A stretch of DNA of 64,000 nt, taken from the IMG/VR virus record IMGVR_UViG_3300032236_001457, positions 37,835-101,834 of that record; one strand, 5' to 3'. The translations under genes were made by a program, and so were the position numbers. Below are positions 10,596-20,122 of this stretch, piece after piece. The stretch is from a virus. Under the pieces are notes generated by a model. The model was not told where the DNA came from and did not search any database. It saw only the letters and a program-made list of their open reading frames with translations. Every line of letters begins with the position of its first letter. Positions within the stretch are counted from its first letter, which is position 1.

Positions 10596-10952
10596 TCATT
10601 TCATATTCCTTCCAATTTCAGCCGCGGCCCTGACGATGGCACGGCGGGTGGCGGCGTAGGGGTCGGTGCCGTACATGATTTTTCCAGTGCCTATGTAGCC
10701 TCCGTCAAACCAGCCGACCACGTAGTCGTCGTAATGCTTTATGTCGATCTTCAACTTCACCGCCATCCTGAAGGCATCTCCATCGTCGGTCAGGGGTAGC
10801 CAAGCAAACGGTCGCCGGCTAGGCGTTGATGGGTCGCTGACATAAAGACAATTGTCCATCATGTCGTCCCAGCCAGAGATTCCATACCCCGCCGCCTTGG
10901 CAGCGTACTGGAGCAATTCATGGTCCAATTCTTGTATTCGTTCATTCATCAT
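10596..10952 (-). CDS. hypothetical protein of temperate-phage type (DPYAATRRAIVRAAAEIG), GC-rich
   Basis: WLPLTDDGDAFRMA and DPYAATRRAIVRAAAEIG motifs; visibly higher GC than flanks. Confidence 0.7.
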   Translation of the reverse strand: MMNERIQELDHELLQYAAKAAGYGISGWDDMMDNCLYVSDPSTPSRRPFAWLPLTDDGDAFRMAVKLKIDIKHYDDYVVGWFDGGYIGTGKIMYGTDPYAATRRAIVRAAAEIGRNMK

Positions 10953-11215
10953 TTTCTTTCCCTAGTTTTTAACAACATCACTTGTTCTTCGGTGGCAAAT
11001 TCACTAATAAAGACACTGCTGTATTCTTTGCCTAACACTTTGTTTAGTAGGCCTGGCCCTAGTCCGATAAATTCATATCTATAGTTATCCAGTTCGACTA
11101 TCATGTTTTTAGTATCAACACGAAGATTTTGATTGGTAGTAAGGGTATCTTTACATTGATTAAATTTATGTTTGGCTTGTTCGTGCGTATCACAAACAAA
11201 TAGTGTGCTATTCAT
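10949..11215 (-). CDS. hypothetical protein
   Basis: Coupled ORF. Confidence 0.5.
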   Translation of the reverse strand: MNSTLFVCDTHEQAKHKFNQCKDTLTTNQNLRVDTKNMIVELDNYRYEFIGLGPGLLNKVLGKEYSSVFISEFATEEQVMLLKTRERK

Positions 11216-11682
11216 CCGTCAACTCCGAAATGTTCTTTAATCGCATCAATCATCTTCTCGCAAGCACGGTTATATCCAATAACAAAGTGTGTATCAGTTT
11301 TCGGTTCTCCTCTAACCTCTGAGGCAATGTCTAAAAATTCCCGAACAATTAACTGGGCGAACTTGAAATCATCATAGTGTGCTGAGCCATATACTTGTTC
11401 AGCAAGTTCTTTAATTCGTTCATTCATTGTTTGCCACACTATATCGTTCTGCCAGTCGGCGAATAGTGTCAATCCTTGGGCTTCCTAATGAATCATCATT
11501 GGTCAATTCGCTTAGAACATCGTAGACAATACACTTGTAGAATTTGGTCAGTTCTTCACGATTGAAAGTAAAAGATGCTGGAGGTTTGGGAAAGTCCCAT
11601 TCTTTTTGACCGGCACAATCAATAGCAAGTTGTTCAAATAGTTCGTTCACGATTCAATTCCGTTTTTACACTGTATGAATAC

Positions 11683-11711
11683 ATTATACAGACATTGCAG
11701 GGAATCGTCAA
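11683..11711 (-). promoter_or_regulatory. sigma70-type early promoter
   Basis: TTGACG-17 bp-TATAAT upstream of the mini-gene array. Confidence 0.75.
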
Positions 11712-11734
11712 TCCGTTGTGGTTATACAACAATT

Positions 11735-12577
11735 TTAGGACCACCTCAACATAAACCACATAAATTTCTTTTCATCAACAATGCGGTAGTCTTCAATACT
11801 GTGGAGTTTGTGATTCAAATCAAGTTCTATGCCGTATTCAACTAGTATACGATGTATTTGAGCGTCAAGTCTTGCATTGCCCGTGACAAGTCGTGCTTCT
11901 GGTGTAAGAGTGACTGGAACATGACGCCCAAATTCACTGTATTCTCGACTTAATATTGTTTGTAATTCGCAAGGCTTCATGACCACCTCAATATGAACCA
12001 AGCATAATCACGATCATTGTCAAAATGAAACAGCATCTCTTGAGCCATAATACGAAATCCCCATCTAAACTGGTCGCCTACACTGTATAGGTCAGGAGCC
12101 ATTTGTCCAAATTGTTGATCGCACCAATCCAGCATTTTACTCACTACATACGGATTCATACACTGAAATTTAGCTTCAATCACGACCACCTCAAAGAAAA
12201 CATTAACGCATCTTTTTCGTCGCTAAAATGATAATCAACCTTAGTATGATCATATGTATTGTATCCATCCATGTGCATATCGTTAGTAATATAACTTGAA
12301 CAATATTTTTTAGCCCAATGCAATGGTTCCCAAAATGGATCGTAAGGTATGGTAACTGTCATGACCACCTCAATATAAACCACGCACAGTCAGGTTCATT
12401 GCGAAATTTGAAAACACCCTCGCCATCATAATGCCAGCTAGAGTCCAGGGTGTAACCAAACTGTTTCTCGCACCATTCTATACAGGGTGTCCAACCTTCA
12501 TACATTTCTCCTCTTGGAGGAACCGTTGTAATCGGTGCCGGCACACTGGCCACATACCATCCATCGTAGGTCTGCAT
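11735..12577 (-). repeat. four tandem mini-genes ending F-x-L-R-W-S
   Basis: ORFs 11735-11980, 11977-12183, 12180-12362, 12359-12577, all ending TTGAGGTGGTCN-stop. Confidence 0.85.
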
Positions 12578-12961
12578 TTTAACAAAGACCGAATGTAGAG
12601 TGGGTGATTAAGTAATGGGCACTGATGATCATCACAATGATGCCAAACAGTTGGATGATTCGATCCATGTGATTATTTTTCATTACTGGGCAATCCAAAA
12701 TGTTGTCGAATTTCTCTTGCGGTGCCTCCGCCGGTCATTTTGCTTTCGGCAATTTTGACACATTCAATAGCAATCGACTCAGCGAATTCTCGCATCTGCT
12801 CAAAAGTGTATCCGTGGAGATCGCCTCGTTCTGGATCATACCCTAGCCATTCTTGAGCGGGTAGTTTAATTCTTTCGTTCACTCAATACCCCCAAGATAG
12901 TATACCACCACACCCGCTCCAATAGTAATTGTCGCAACCAATTAATTGAATAGGATAAAAT

Positions 12962-13168
12962 TCAATCACCTTTACCAACCCACATATGAGCTACTTCTTC
13001 AAAGTCAAAGATTTCTCCTGCTTGTCGATAACGATCTTCACATGGTCCGCAGACAGTTTGATACACGATGGCTCGCTCGCCATAACGATCTGTGCCTTTG
13101 GTCATAATATGATAAGCGTGTGGAAAGTCAAATACCTCATGACCGCAACTCAGTATAATTCTGCTCAT
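12962..13168 (-). CDS. small Cys/His protein
   Basis: SCGH...CGPC. Confidence 0.5.
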   Translation of the reverse strand: MSRIILSCGHEVFDFPHAYHIMTKGTDRYGERAIVYQTVCGPCEDRYRQAGEIFDFEEVAHMWVGKGD

Positions 13169-13483
13169 TACCGATCCTTGGTATCCTTTGTTTCTTCAAC
13201 TTGCGTTTCAAACCTAGGTTCGATATATCGATCCCAAACCTTTTGGCCACTGTTCCAACCAAATACTGAGAAAAACCCAAATAGTATAGCACCCCAGATC
13301 ATAGTGGTCTCGTATAAAAGTCTTTGATTTCCTGTGCCACTTGGCGGCCATTGCCATCTGACAGTAGTGCAATTCCTATGCAATCTTCAATGATCAACCG
13401 AGCAAAGCGTGTTAATTCTTTTTCGTAAGCCATTATTGGTTTACCGTGTTCAAATCCAGCAGATGCGAATCCTGATTCAAACG

Positions 13484-13840
13484 CTAGTTCTTTAATTCTT
13501 TCGTGCATGATTCCTCTCCTTTAAGAATACTCATTATTTGACGATTGCGTTCATCTTGTTCTTTACGCTCACGAGTCTTGTCGTGTTTAACGCCAAACAC
13601 CATACGATCGTATTGTCGAGCCCATTGAATACCCCTAAGCCATAGTTCGAGTTGGTCAATGGTGCCTAAAAATAATTCAGCATCGCGACTGTATACAGGG
13701 AGACTATTTTGATCTTTTGGTTTAAGGGCAAGAACATCTTGTCCGTAACTACCAAATTTACTGTGACAGAACATGAGACCCAATTCATCACATTCTCGCT
13801 CAAGACGACGAATTTTAAGAACTGCTTCGTATCCGCTCAT
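13484..13840 (-). CDS. hypothetical protein
   Basis: Coupled ORF. Confidence 0.6.
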   Translation of the reverse strand: MSGYEAVLKIRRLERECDELGLMFCHSKFGSYGQDVLALKPKDQNSLPVYSRDAELFLGTIDQLELWLRGIQWARQYDRMVFGVKHDKTRERKEQDERNRQIMSILKGEESCTKELKN

Positions 13841-14256
13841 TTTACAACCTTAGCAATTTGTTTATAACCTGCCCAACTGGGGTGAATACCATCACTTTCT
13901 GCACGGGCAATTGGGATTACCGTATCACCGTGTAGTGCAGCAATTACCTTAATTATACGCTGAACCTCTTCAACGGGCAAGCCTCCCTTAGGATTGTTGC
14001 CCTTTGGCAACACCCAGAACACACGACTGGCCTGAACCTTTTCCCGCAACCGTTCTAATTCTGCTTGAGTTTGAATACCTTTATGATCATTGCTGCCCAA
14101 ACTGATAATCACAGTGCCGGCAGTGAGGTCGTATTTGAGATAATCTCGATTCCATTGTGCTGTATTCCAGCCGGTCTTGCTGAGGGATTCACAGGGAGCC
14201 ACATGATGGTATAGGCCTACAGCAATGCTATCGCCTAACAATAAACATTCAAACAT
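13837..14256 (-). CDS. SGNH/GDSL hydrolase
   Basis: GDSIA, LGSND, DGIHP blocks. Confidence 0.85.
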   Translation of the reverse strand: MFECLLLGDSIAVGLYHHVAPCESLSKTGWNTAQWNRDYLKYDLTAGTVIISLGSNDHKGIQTQAELERLREKVQASRVFWVLPKGNNPKGGLPVEEVQRIIKVIAALHGDTVIPIARAESDGIHPSWAGYKQIAKVVK

Positions 14257-14263
14257 TTTATTT

Positions 14264-14860
14264 CTATACTACTGGATCAGTTATGACTAGGGAATCGCCG
14301 CGTTTCATAATATTACTTAGATTCAAATCATCGTCGCCGTTGTAACTACTTAGATCTAGAATGGTTTCAAAAGCGGCCAAAAGATCAGGCCAATGTTCTT
14401 TTAAAAAGTCCTCATTCTCTGGCCAAAATATTTCTTCCCAACTCCTGCTGTTTAATTCAGGATCTATATATTTGGCAAAAACAGGATCTGTTTTTGAGTT
14501 AAATGGCGTTAATCTTTCCATTCTAACTGCATAGGCTGTGGGACTTATACGCCACATCTTACCATATACTCTAGGCAAAAATGGATTTTTTTGATTGGCC
14601 ACAACATACTTGAGCCAATCTACACCCCCGGTGTGTTCAGTAAATACTTTAAGAACATACTCATATTTTGGATTAGAGTATACTAGAGAGAACATACCAC
14701 TACCCAACAGCGTCCAACCAAGTTTTTCTAAATGAGTTGATAAATTCTCTTGTTCCTTTTTTCCATAGAATTTATCATTTAATCCAGGATCGCTGCCAAG
14801 TTGTTGTGCAGCCTGAAAAGCAGGATGTTGTTTATAGCCAGTTAGTTCATTTATTCTCAT
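14264..14860 (-). CDS. Ser/Thr protein kinase, T7 gp0.7-like
   Basis: LGSGMFSLVY, VLKV, DDLNLSNIM, LVITDPV. Confidence 0.7.
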   Translation of the reverse strand: MRINELTGYKQHPAFQAAQQLGSDPGLNDKFYGKKEQENLSTHLEKLGWTLLGSGMFSLVYSNPKYEYVLKVFTEHTGGVDWLKYVVANQKNPFLPRVYGKMWRISPTAYAVRMERLTPFNSKTDPVFAKYIDPELNSRSWEEIFWPENEDFLKEHWPDLLAAFETILDLSSYNGDDDLNLSNIMKRGDSLVITDPVV

Positions 14861-14883
14861 GTAATTATTTATTTCGATAAGAT

Positions 14884-15525
14884 CTATTGTTCCATTAGAT
14901 CATTGACAAAATTCAATAATAACTCATGATGCCGAAACTCATGCCAATGTTCTTTCATGTAAGGTTGGCGATACCATGATAGCGATGATTCCGGATGACA
15001 CCCAATTAGACCAATACGGTTTTGAATGATTGCCATTGGATCACCGTTGGCATAGGTGGCAATGGTTTTTTGTTTATGTGGTTTACTGACAAAAGCACAC
15101 CCATCGTAGAAATACATGGTCTCTGGATTGCCATTCCAGGTCACTTCGGCTACAGTAGCATAACTGCGTTTGATTTCGGTGTTGGGTCGTTTGATATACT
15201 GAACTGCTTTAACGCCATCTAATAGATCAAAGTAGTAATGACCTGCCCAGTATGCTCCCATACAGATACCGAGGTATCTGCCACCTCCTGCGAGATATTC
15301 TTTAACTGTATCAACACGATCTTCGAGCAGTTCTTCAAATGATCCACTATTGCCTATACCGCCCGGGAAGGCAATAATGTCGGCTTTTTTAAGAGTTTTT
15401 TTATTAAGGTCGTGGCGAGTAAAAATACGAATATCATAGACTTCAGACAGCGCCTCATACATACCAGCACAGCAGATAACTGAGCATTCTGGATCGTTGA
15501 GGAATATTGCTATCTTAGGTTTCAT
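14884..15525 (-). CDS. class I glutamine amidotransferase-like (BPL-N) protein
   Basis: FPGG, YLGICMGAY, HPE. Confidence 0.75.
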   Translation of the reverse strand: MKPKIAIFLNDPECSVICCAGMYEALSEVYDIRIFTRHDLNKKTLKKADIIAFPGGIGNSGSFEELLEDRVDTVKEYLAGGGRYLGICMGAYWAGHYYFDLLDGVKAVQYIKRPNTEIKRSYATVAEVTWNGNPETMYFYDGCAFVSKPHKQKTIATYANGDPMAIIQNRIGLIGCHPESSLSWYRQPYMKEHWHEFRHHELLLNFVNDLMEQ

Positions 15526-15730
15526 TCTTGTTTTTTAGTCTATTAATTTCTAATTTAAGTCTTTCGCAATCATGTTTATAGCTTTCGCTAAGATTACGAT
15601 ATAGTTCTAAATCTTTTCTAACCTGTTGATCAACTTCATAAAATGTTTTATTGTATTGATCAGCAAGTCGTTGGGTTCTCATGGTAACTCCAACTAAGAT
15701 ACCTGCTATAAAAAATATAAGTTCTAACAT
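15515..15730 (-). CDS. small membrane-anchored coiled-coil protein
   Basis: N-terminal TM. Confidence 0.5.
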   Translation of the reverse strand: MLELIFFIAGILVGVTMRTQRLADQYNKTFYEVDQQVRKDLELYRNLSESYKHDCERLKLEINRLKNKNET

Positions 15731-15972
15731 TCTTTATCTTGATCGTATTGTTTAACCCATCTATACAGCGGTTCCATTTCTTTTTGGAAAACACGTGGAG
15801 CCAAGTTAGCGGTCTCCTGCATTTCCCATTCGGAAGGAAAATGTCTAAGACAGCGTCTTGCCTCTAATCTTAGGACCGCCGGCACTCTTGGCGTTTGCTT
15901 TGGATCCATCAATTTAGTTAGCAAATGACGGGCCATTGTGATGGAAAGGTATCGTTCATCTGGTAATGTCAT
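15724..15972 (-). CDS. hypothetical protein (MTLPDERY..., BPSL0761-like)
   Basis: TPRVP...ARRCLRHFP. Confidence 0.5.
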   Translation of the reverse strand: MTLPDERYLSITMARHLLTKLMDPKQTPRVPAVLRLEARRCLRHFPSEWEMQETANLAPRVFQKEMEPLYRWVKQYDQDKEC

Positions 15973-15998
15973 GATCTGTCTCTTTCTATTTAAACTGG

Positions 15999-17180
15999 TC
16001 ACTTGAACACTTTGAGAATAACTACATCCTCGTTAAGACGGCCAGTTAGCACAGTCTCAGTAGTTTTAATACGACTAAACCAAGTCTCTACTCGTTTCTG
16101 TGTATTCTGTTCTTTAAACTCTTTAAGCTCTACTAATGGCTTACGCAGAGTCTTCTGGAAACTCTTTTCTGTAAAGTTGGTAATAGTAGTGCCTTTAATC
16201 CCAAAGCCTTCGGAATTTGTAGCATAATACAGTCCCAACTTGCGAGTTTTGCTGTTAAACACAATAGCTGACTGCGCTCGAATCAATTGTGCAGGTGGCA
16301 CACTGGTAATGCCCAGTTTGTCATCGCTGACTTTGAATTTAACACGCTTAACCAACTCCTCCGCAGGCTTGACCTTACGAGCACGAGGCTTCTTAATAAC
16401 TTTGGCCTCTGCGGCAATTTGGTCACAAGCGGTAAGCACAGACTGATAAAACTCAATCAATTTGCGTACATTCTTACGGGTATGACGGCTATAGGCCTCG
16501 CGCAGTTGTTCGTCAGCATTACCACTGGCCAGTTCCGTCAGTTCATCATGCCCACGCTGGAAGAAACTTTTAATATAGCGGGCCTGTTGGGCCTTACAGC
16601 CTTTACCTCTCAGCATATTAAGCACTTTGTATGCTTTGGGATCAAATGCTTCGCTATCCACAATCCAACTGTCAATAGTGTAGTCAATATCCTCACTGAT
16701 CTTCACGGCCTGGTCTCGGATCTTTTCTTGGATAGTGGGTTCTGGTGCTGCCACCTTTTTAACTTCAGCAACCGGCACTTCATCCTCCTGCCCTGCAGAG
16801 ACCACATCGGCAATAGCATTGCGGAGCCACTCTGCGGTATTGCGACCACCGTTAAAGTCCGGGCGGGATTCTGGCATACCACGAAGCAGGCAAGCGGCAA
16901 TAGCCCCCATTACTACACTACACCGCCAATCTTTAGTGTCCTTAAATGCTCGAATTTGGTCACGGTCATAGTCGTTACGACCCATCCAATCGATCACCTT
17001 GCTTTTAAGTTCTCGCCCACTATGCTCCAGATTGTAATAACTCATCGCTTCGCGATAGCGGCGACCAAACTCAGCGCCGGTCCATTCTTCCGCACCTTCC
17101 CACTTAGGGCTACGGTCGCGTTTGGCTGCGGCACTGGCAGATTCTTTTGCGGCAATTTTACGAGTTTTAACTTCAGTCAT
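15999..17180 (-). CDS. 393-aa hypothetical early protein
   Basis: Long ORF directly behind a consensus promoter. Confidence 0.7.
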   Translation of the reverse strand: MTEVKTRKIAAKESASAAAKRDRSPKWEGAEEWTGAEFGRRYREAMSYYNLEHSGRELKSKVIDWMGRNDYDRDQIRAFKDTKDWRCSVVMGAIAACLLRGMPESRPDFNGGRNTAEWLRNAIADVVSAGQEDEVPVAEVKKVAAPEPTIQEKIRDQAVKISEDIDYTIDSWIVDSEAFDPKAYKVLNMLRGKGCKAQQARYIKSFFQRGHDELTELASGNADEQLREAYSRHTRKNVRKLIEFYQSVLTACDQIAAEAKVIKKPRARKVKPAEELVKRVKFKVSDDKLGITSVPPAQLIRAQSAIVFNSKTRKLGLYYATNSEGFGIKGTTITNFTEKSFQKTLRKPLVELKEFKEQNTQKRVETWFSRIKTTETVLTGRLNEDVVILKVFK

Positions 17181-17211
17181 TTTGGGTCTCTGTTATTTAA
17201 ACAATACATAC

Positions 17212-17240
17212 ATTATACGGCCAGATCTCGGCTGTGTCAA
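17212..17240 (-). promoter_or_regulatory. perfect sigma70 promoter
   Basis: TTGACA-17 bp-TATAAT. Confidence 0.85.
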
Positions 17241-17260
17241 TGGGTGTGGCATTTTTGCGA

Positions 17261-17842
17261 TCAGCTGTCGCAGTCGTCGTAATCGACTAGTATCCAGCCA
17301 AGCCGTTTTAGGTCTGCTCGAATCTCTTCAGTAACACAACTTTCTCCGACAAACTGATTAGTAATGGCCAATCGTTGTTGCATCTCTTCAGTTATTTCTA
17401 CTTCAGTGGTATCATACATCTCGCCTTTAATTCCACTGCAATACCAATCAATATAATCACCAGATTGCCGCATGTCAGCAACGATGCCGCCGGCATAACG
17501 CCAACTGCATGACCATTTATCATTTCGAAGAATAGGCATGACTTCTAATTTTTGGAACTCGTTATTACACATGGCAGCATATAAATGCTGGGCATATACT
17601 TCACTTGCACGAACTTTGTTGAGAATCCAATCGGTGCTACGCAGATCGTATTCCATATTATCTTTTTTCCAGGCAGGATCTTGTTCTCTTTGTTCTGTCA
17701 TGATCTTCACATTTTTATAGTATTGAATCATTTCCTGAGTATGAGTATCAGTATCTACATCAAGGCCTTTTTCTTTGGCTCGACGAATAATACCGTTTAT
17801 ACCAAAAGTTCCGCGATCTGGGCTGTTAGATAAGATCGACAT
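17261..17842 (-). CDS. hypothetical phage protein
   Basis: YAQHLYAAMCNN, WSCSWR, DYIDWYCSG. Confidence 0.65.
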   Translation of the reverse strand: MSILSNSPDRGTFGINGIIRRAKEKGLDVDTDTHTQEMIQYYKNVKIMTEQREQDPAWKKDNMEYDLRSTDWILNKVRASEVYAQHLYAAMCNNEFQKLEVMPILRNDKWSCSWRYAGGIVADMRQSGDYIDWYCSGIKGEMYDTTEVEITEEMQQRLAITNQFVGESCVTEEIRADLKRLGWILVDYDDCDS

Positions 17843-17845
17843 AAT

Positions 17846-18589
17846 TTAATCCCACAACCCTTGATAATATTTTCCAAAAAGTTTTAGTCCGTTGTTAATA
17901 CGATCTTGATGTGCCTTTAATCCTTCTTGATCGATTTTAACAGTATGATTAGGCCCATCTTTCATTTCATACATTGTAGGCTTGCCGTCCTCACCCCATG
18001 CAGTGGGAACGCTACGCAAGTCATACTCTCCTGTGTAGTATTGTTTTTCCCAATCACATTCAGGTTGTAATTGCTCAAATGTCCAAATTAATTCGTCCAT
18101 GATCCAATCCCACCGAGCAAAATGGTTGCCATCGACATCGTATTCATTTTCTCTTGGTGGTGCTGCAGTGCTACGCAGGTGTTCTGGAACATCGTCATCA
18201 TCGACCAGTGGAGCACCGTGTTTGGTAGCATGTAGTTGTTTCAGCATGGGCAGAATGATCATGCTCAGTGTAGAGTCCATGCCCCAAGTATCGTATCGAT
18301 CAATACGGATTTTGACTTTGCGTTTGCGTTTGGATTCAATCCACAGTAAAAACCGATACAGTAGTGTATTGGGGCGATCCCGATCACGATTGAGAATGTC
18401 GATGCCTGTATGGAAATCTGGCTCAGGTTCTACGCTACCATGAGCCAGCCATTCTCCAAAGTTATGGACCCAGTCTGGTTTGCTTTCAATACCATATTTG
18501 TCCTTTACAGGCTTAGCCCAAAAGCATAGCTTTTCGGCAATTTGATATGGCCCAACCCAGGACTTATGAGGTCCAATATAAACTTTCAC
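17846..18589 (-). CDS. hypothetical T4-like phage protein
   Basis: IDRYDTWGMDSTL...GLKLFGKYYQGLWD. Confidence 0.65.
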   Translation of the reverse strand: MKVYIGPHKSWVGPYQIAEKLCFWAKPVKDKYGIESKPDWVHNFGEWLAHGSVEPEPDFHTGIDILNRDRDRPNTLLYRFLLWIESKRKRKVKIRIDRYDTWGMDSTLSMIILPMLKQLHATKHGAPLVDDDDVPEHLRSTAAPPRENEYDVDGNHFARWDWIMDELIWTFEQLQPECDWEKQYYTGEYDLRSVPTAWGEDGKPTMYEMKDGPNHTVKIDQEGLKAHQDRINNGLKLFGKYYQGLWD

Positions 18590-19272
18590 TCTTTTCTTCC
18601 GCCAAATAGTTGTAACAAACTTAGGAACAGGTTGATAAAATCCATATACAGTGTCAATGCACCCATGATTTCCACACGATGATCATCATCATACATTAGC
18701 ATTTCGCGAATCTTTTGGGTATCGTAAGCAGTCAACCCGGTAAAGATCACAATAGCCAGTGCGCTAACCACCTGTGCCAGTGGGCCACTTTGCAAGAACA
18801 TGTTAATTATACTGGCAATACAGATAGCAACCAACCCCACAAACATCCATTTTCCAATGCTGTCCAAACTGCGTTTAGTGAAGTATCCATAAAAACTCAT
18901 CACACCGAACAGCACAGCAGCACTCATAAATGCACCGGCAATACTGCCCATTTGGTAGACAGCAAAAATTACAGAAAAACTCAGTCCCATAGCTGCCGCA
19001 AATACATGTAGCAGTAATGGTGCCATGGTCTTGCCAGCATTACTCAGTGCCCAAGGCACAACAAATGCCAGAACCAATGGAAGAAACATCACAATCCATT
19101 TCATTACGCCGGTAAAGAAAAAGGCGAGTAGTGATGGACTGGTTCCTACAAAGTAACTGACAATCATACTGGTCACTACTGCCAATCCCATGTGGCCATA
19201 CACACGAGCCATAGCGGTATTGATTGCTTCGGCTCCTCTATAACTACTTCCGTAATAACTGGTTCCGTACAT
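18586..19272 (-). CDS. Bax inhibitor-1/YccA family membrane protein
   Basis: 7 TM helices, LTAYDTQKI, ALTLYMDFINLF. Confidence 0.9.
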   Translation of the reverse strand: MYGTSYYGSSYRGAEAINTAMARVYGHMGLAVVTSMIVSYFVGTSPSLLAFFFTGVMKWIVMFLPLVLAFVVPWALSNAGKTMAPLLLHVFAAAMGLSFSVIFAVYQMGSIAGAFMSAAVLFGVMSFYGYFTKRSLDSIGKWMFVGLVAICIASIINMFLQSGPLAQVVSALAIVIFTGLTAYDTQKIREMLMYDDDHRVEIMGALTLYMDFINLFLSLLQLFGGRKE

Positions 19273-19276
19273 GGTA

Positions 19277-19648
19277 TTACTCCTTTGTTAAAAATGGTTT
19301 AAGGTCAGGAGGTGAGTAAGTGATGGGTTTAAGAACTTTTCCATCTTCACGCTTTCTAACCATTCCGGTTTCTTTATCAATCTTACTGAGATTTGAGCGC
19401 ATAACTTCCTTCCACGCTCCTTCGGCATCTACGCCGAGACTATGCAATGCTCCAACGGTGACCACTAGGATATCAATCAGTGCGTCTAGTTCTTCAAGAC
19501 GGTCGTTGCGAGCAAATGCTGTAGAGTGCTCTTCCATTTCTTCTCTAATAAGTTTTAGATAAAGTTTATACTGATCGTCGTCATATTTACCAACGATTTG
19601 ATCGCAAGCCCGCATAAACTTTTCTTGATCGCGAAACACATTAGGCAT
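19277..19648 (-). CDS. MazG-like/PRA-PH nucleoside triphosphate pyrophosphohydrolase
   Basis: LIREEMEE, DALIDI, EVMRSNLSK, REDGKVLKP. Confidence 0.85.
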   Translation of the reverse strand: MPNVFRDQEKFMRACDQIVGKYDDDQYKLYLKLIREEMEEHSTAFARNDRLEELDALIDILVVTVGALHSLGVDAEGAWKEVMRSNLSKIDKETGMVRKREDGKVLKPITYSPPDLKPFLTKE

Positions 19649-19832
19649 CTTTCTTCTCCACTAGCCGTAGAATTTTTTCACTGTAAACATGTAGCACACC
19701 ACGATCGTCTTCCACAACCAAACGAATTGCTCCACTCAGTTTGGCAAATACGCAAACAACGTGTCCTACAAATTGATAATCCCCGCCGACCTTTTCCACA
19801 AGGTCACCTACTTTAAATTGTGCGTTTTCCAT
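19641..19832 (-). CDS. small hypothetical protein
   Basis: FKVGDLVEKVGGDYQF. Confidence 0.55.
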   Translation of the reverse strand: MENAQFKVGDLVEKVGGDYQFVGHVVCVFAKLSGAIRLVVEDDRGVLHVYSEKILRLVEKKDA

Positions 19833-20122
19833 TATGTTCCCCATTTTAAATAATATTCTGTTACTCTTGGTCCCGGCAGTTCTGCCATTATTGCGTATCT
19901 ATATCCAAAGCTGTTATGGTCTATATCTCTATGCCAGGTCGGTGGTTCTACGGCATGTTCCATTACCCATTGACCTTTTAGTGATCGTTCCCACACCCAA
20001 AGTGGTTGTGCGGCGTAAATGTCTGGATCCGCAACATCACTTACTCTAAAAATGTGTACCACAATTTTATGTATTTCCTCAATGGAACCATCTTCTCTAA
20101 TACGTTTTCTTACTCTGCCCAT
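19832..20122 (-). CDS. hypothetical protein ending YLKWG
   Basis: DPDIYAAQPL; LKW tail like the LRWS family. Confidence 0.55.
   Translation of the reverse strand: MGRVRKRIREDGSIEEIHKIVVHIFRVSDVADPDIYAAQPLWVWERSLKGQWVMEHAVEPPTWHRDIDHNSFGYRYAIMAELPGPRVTEYYLKWGT

Larger units (their letters stand above)
7975..13508 (-). repeat. dispersed tandem family of mini-genes MNERI(K/E)xLA...EKFAELIVREC...HFGVEE
   Basis: Members at 7975-8148, 8873-9124, 9563-9751, 10056-10271, 10378-10599, 11212-11427, 11420-11650, 12673-12882, 13299-13508; shared DNA ends ATGAACGAACGAATT and CATTTYGGAGTTGAAGAATGA. Confidence 0.85.

Noticed and set aside
16287-17282. 331-aa plus-strand ORF
   Set aside because: Antisense shadow of the promoter-driven 393-aa gene; no motifs, SD or plausible composition
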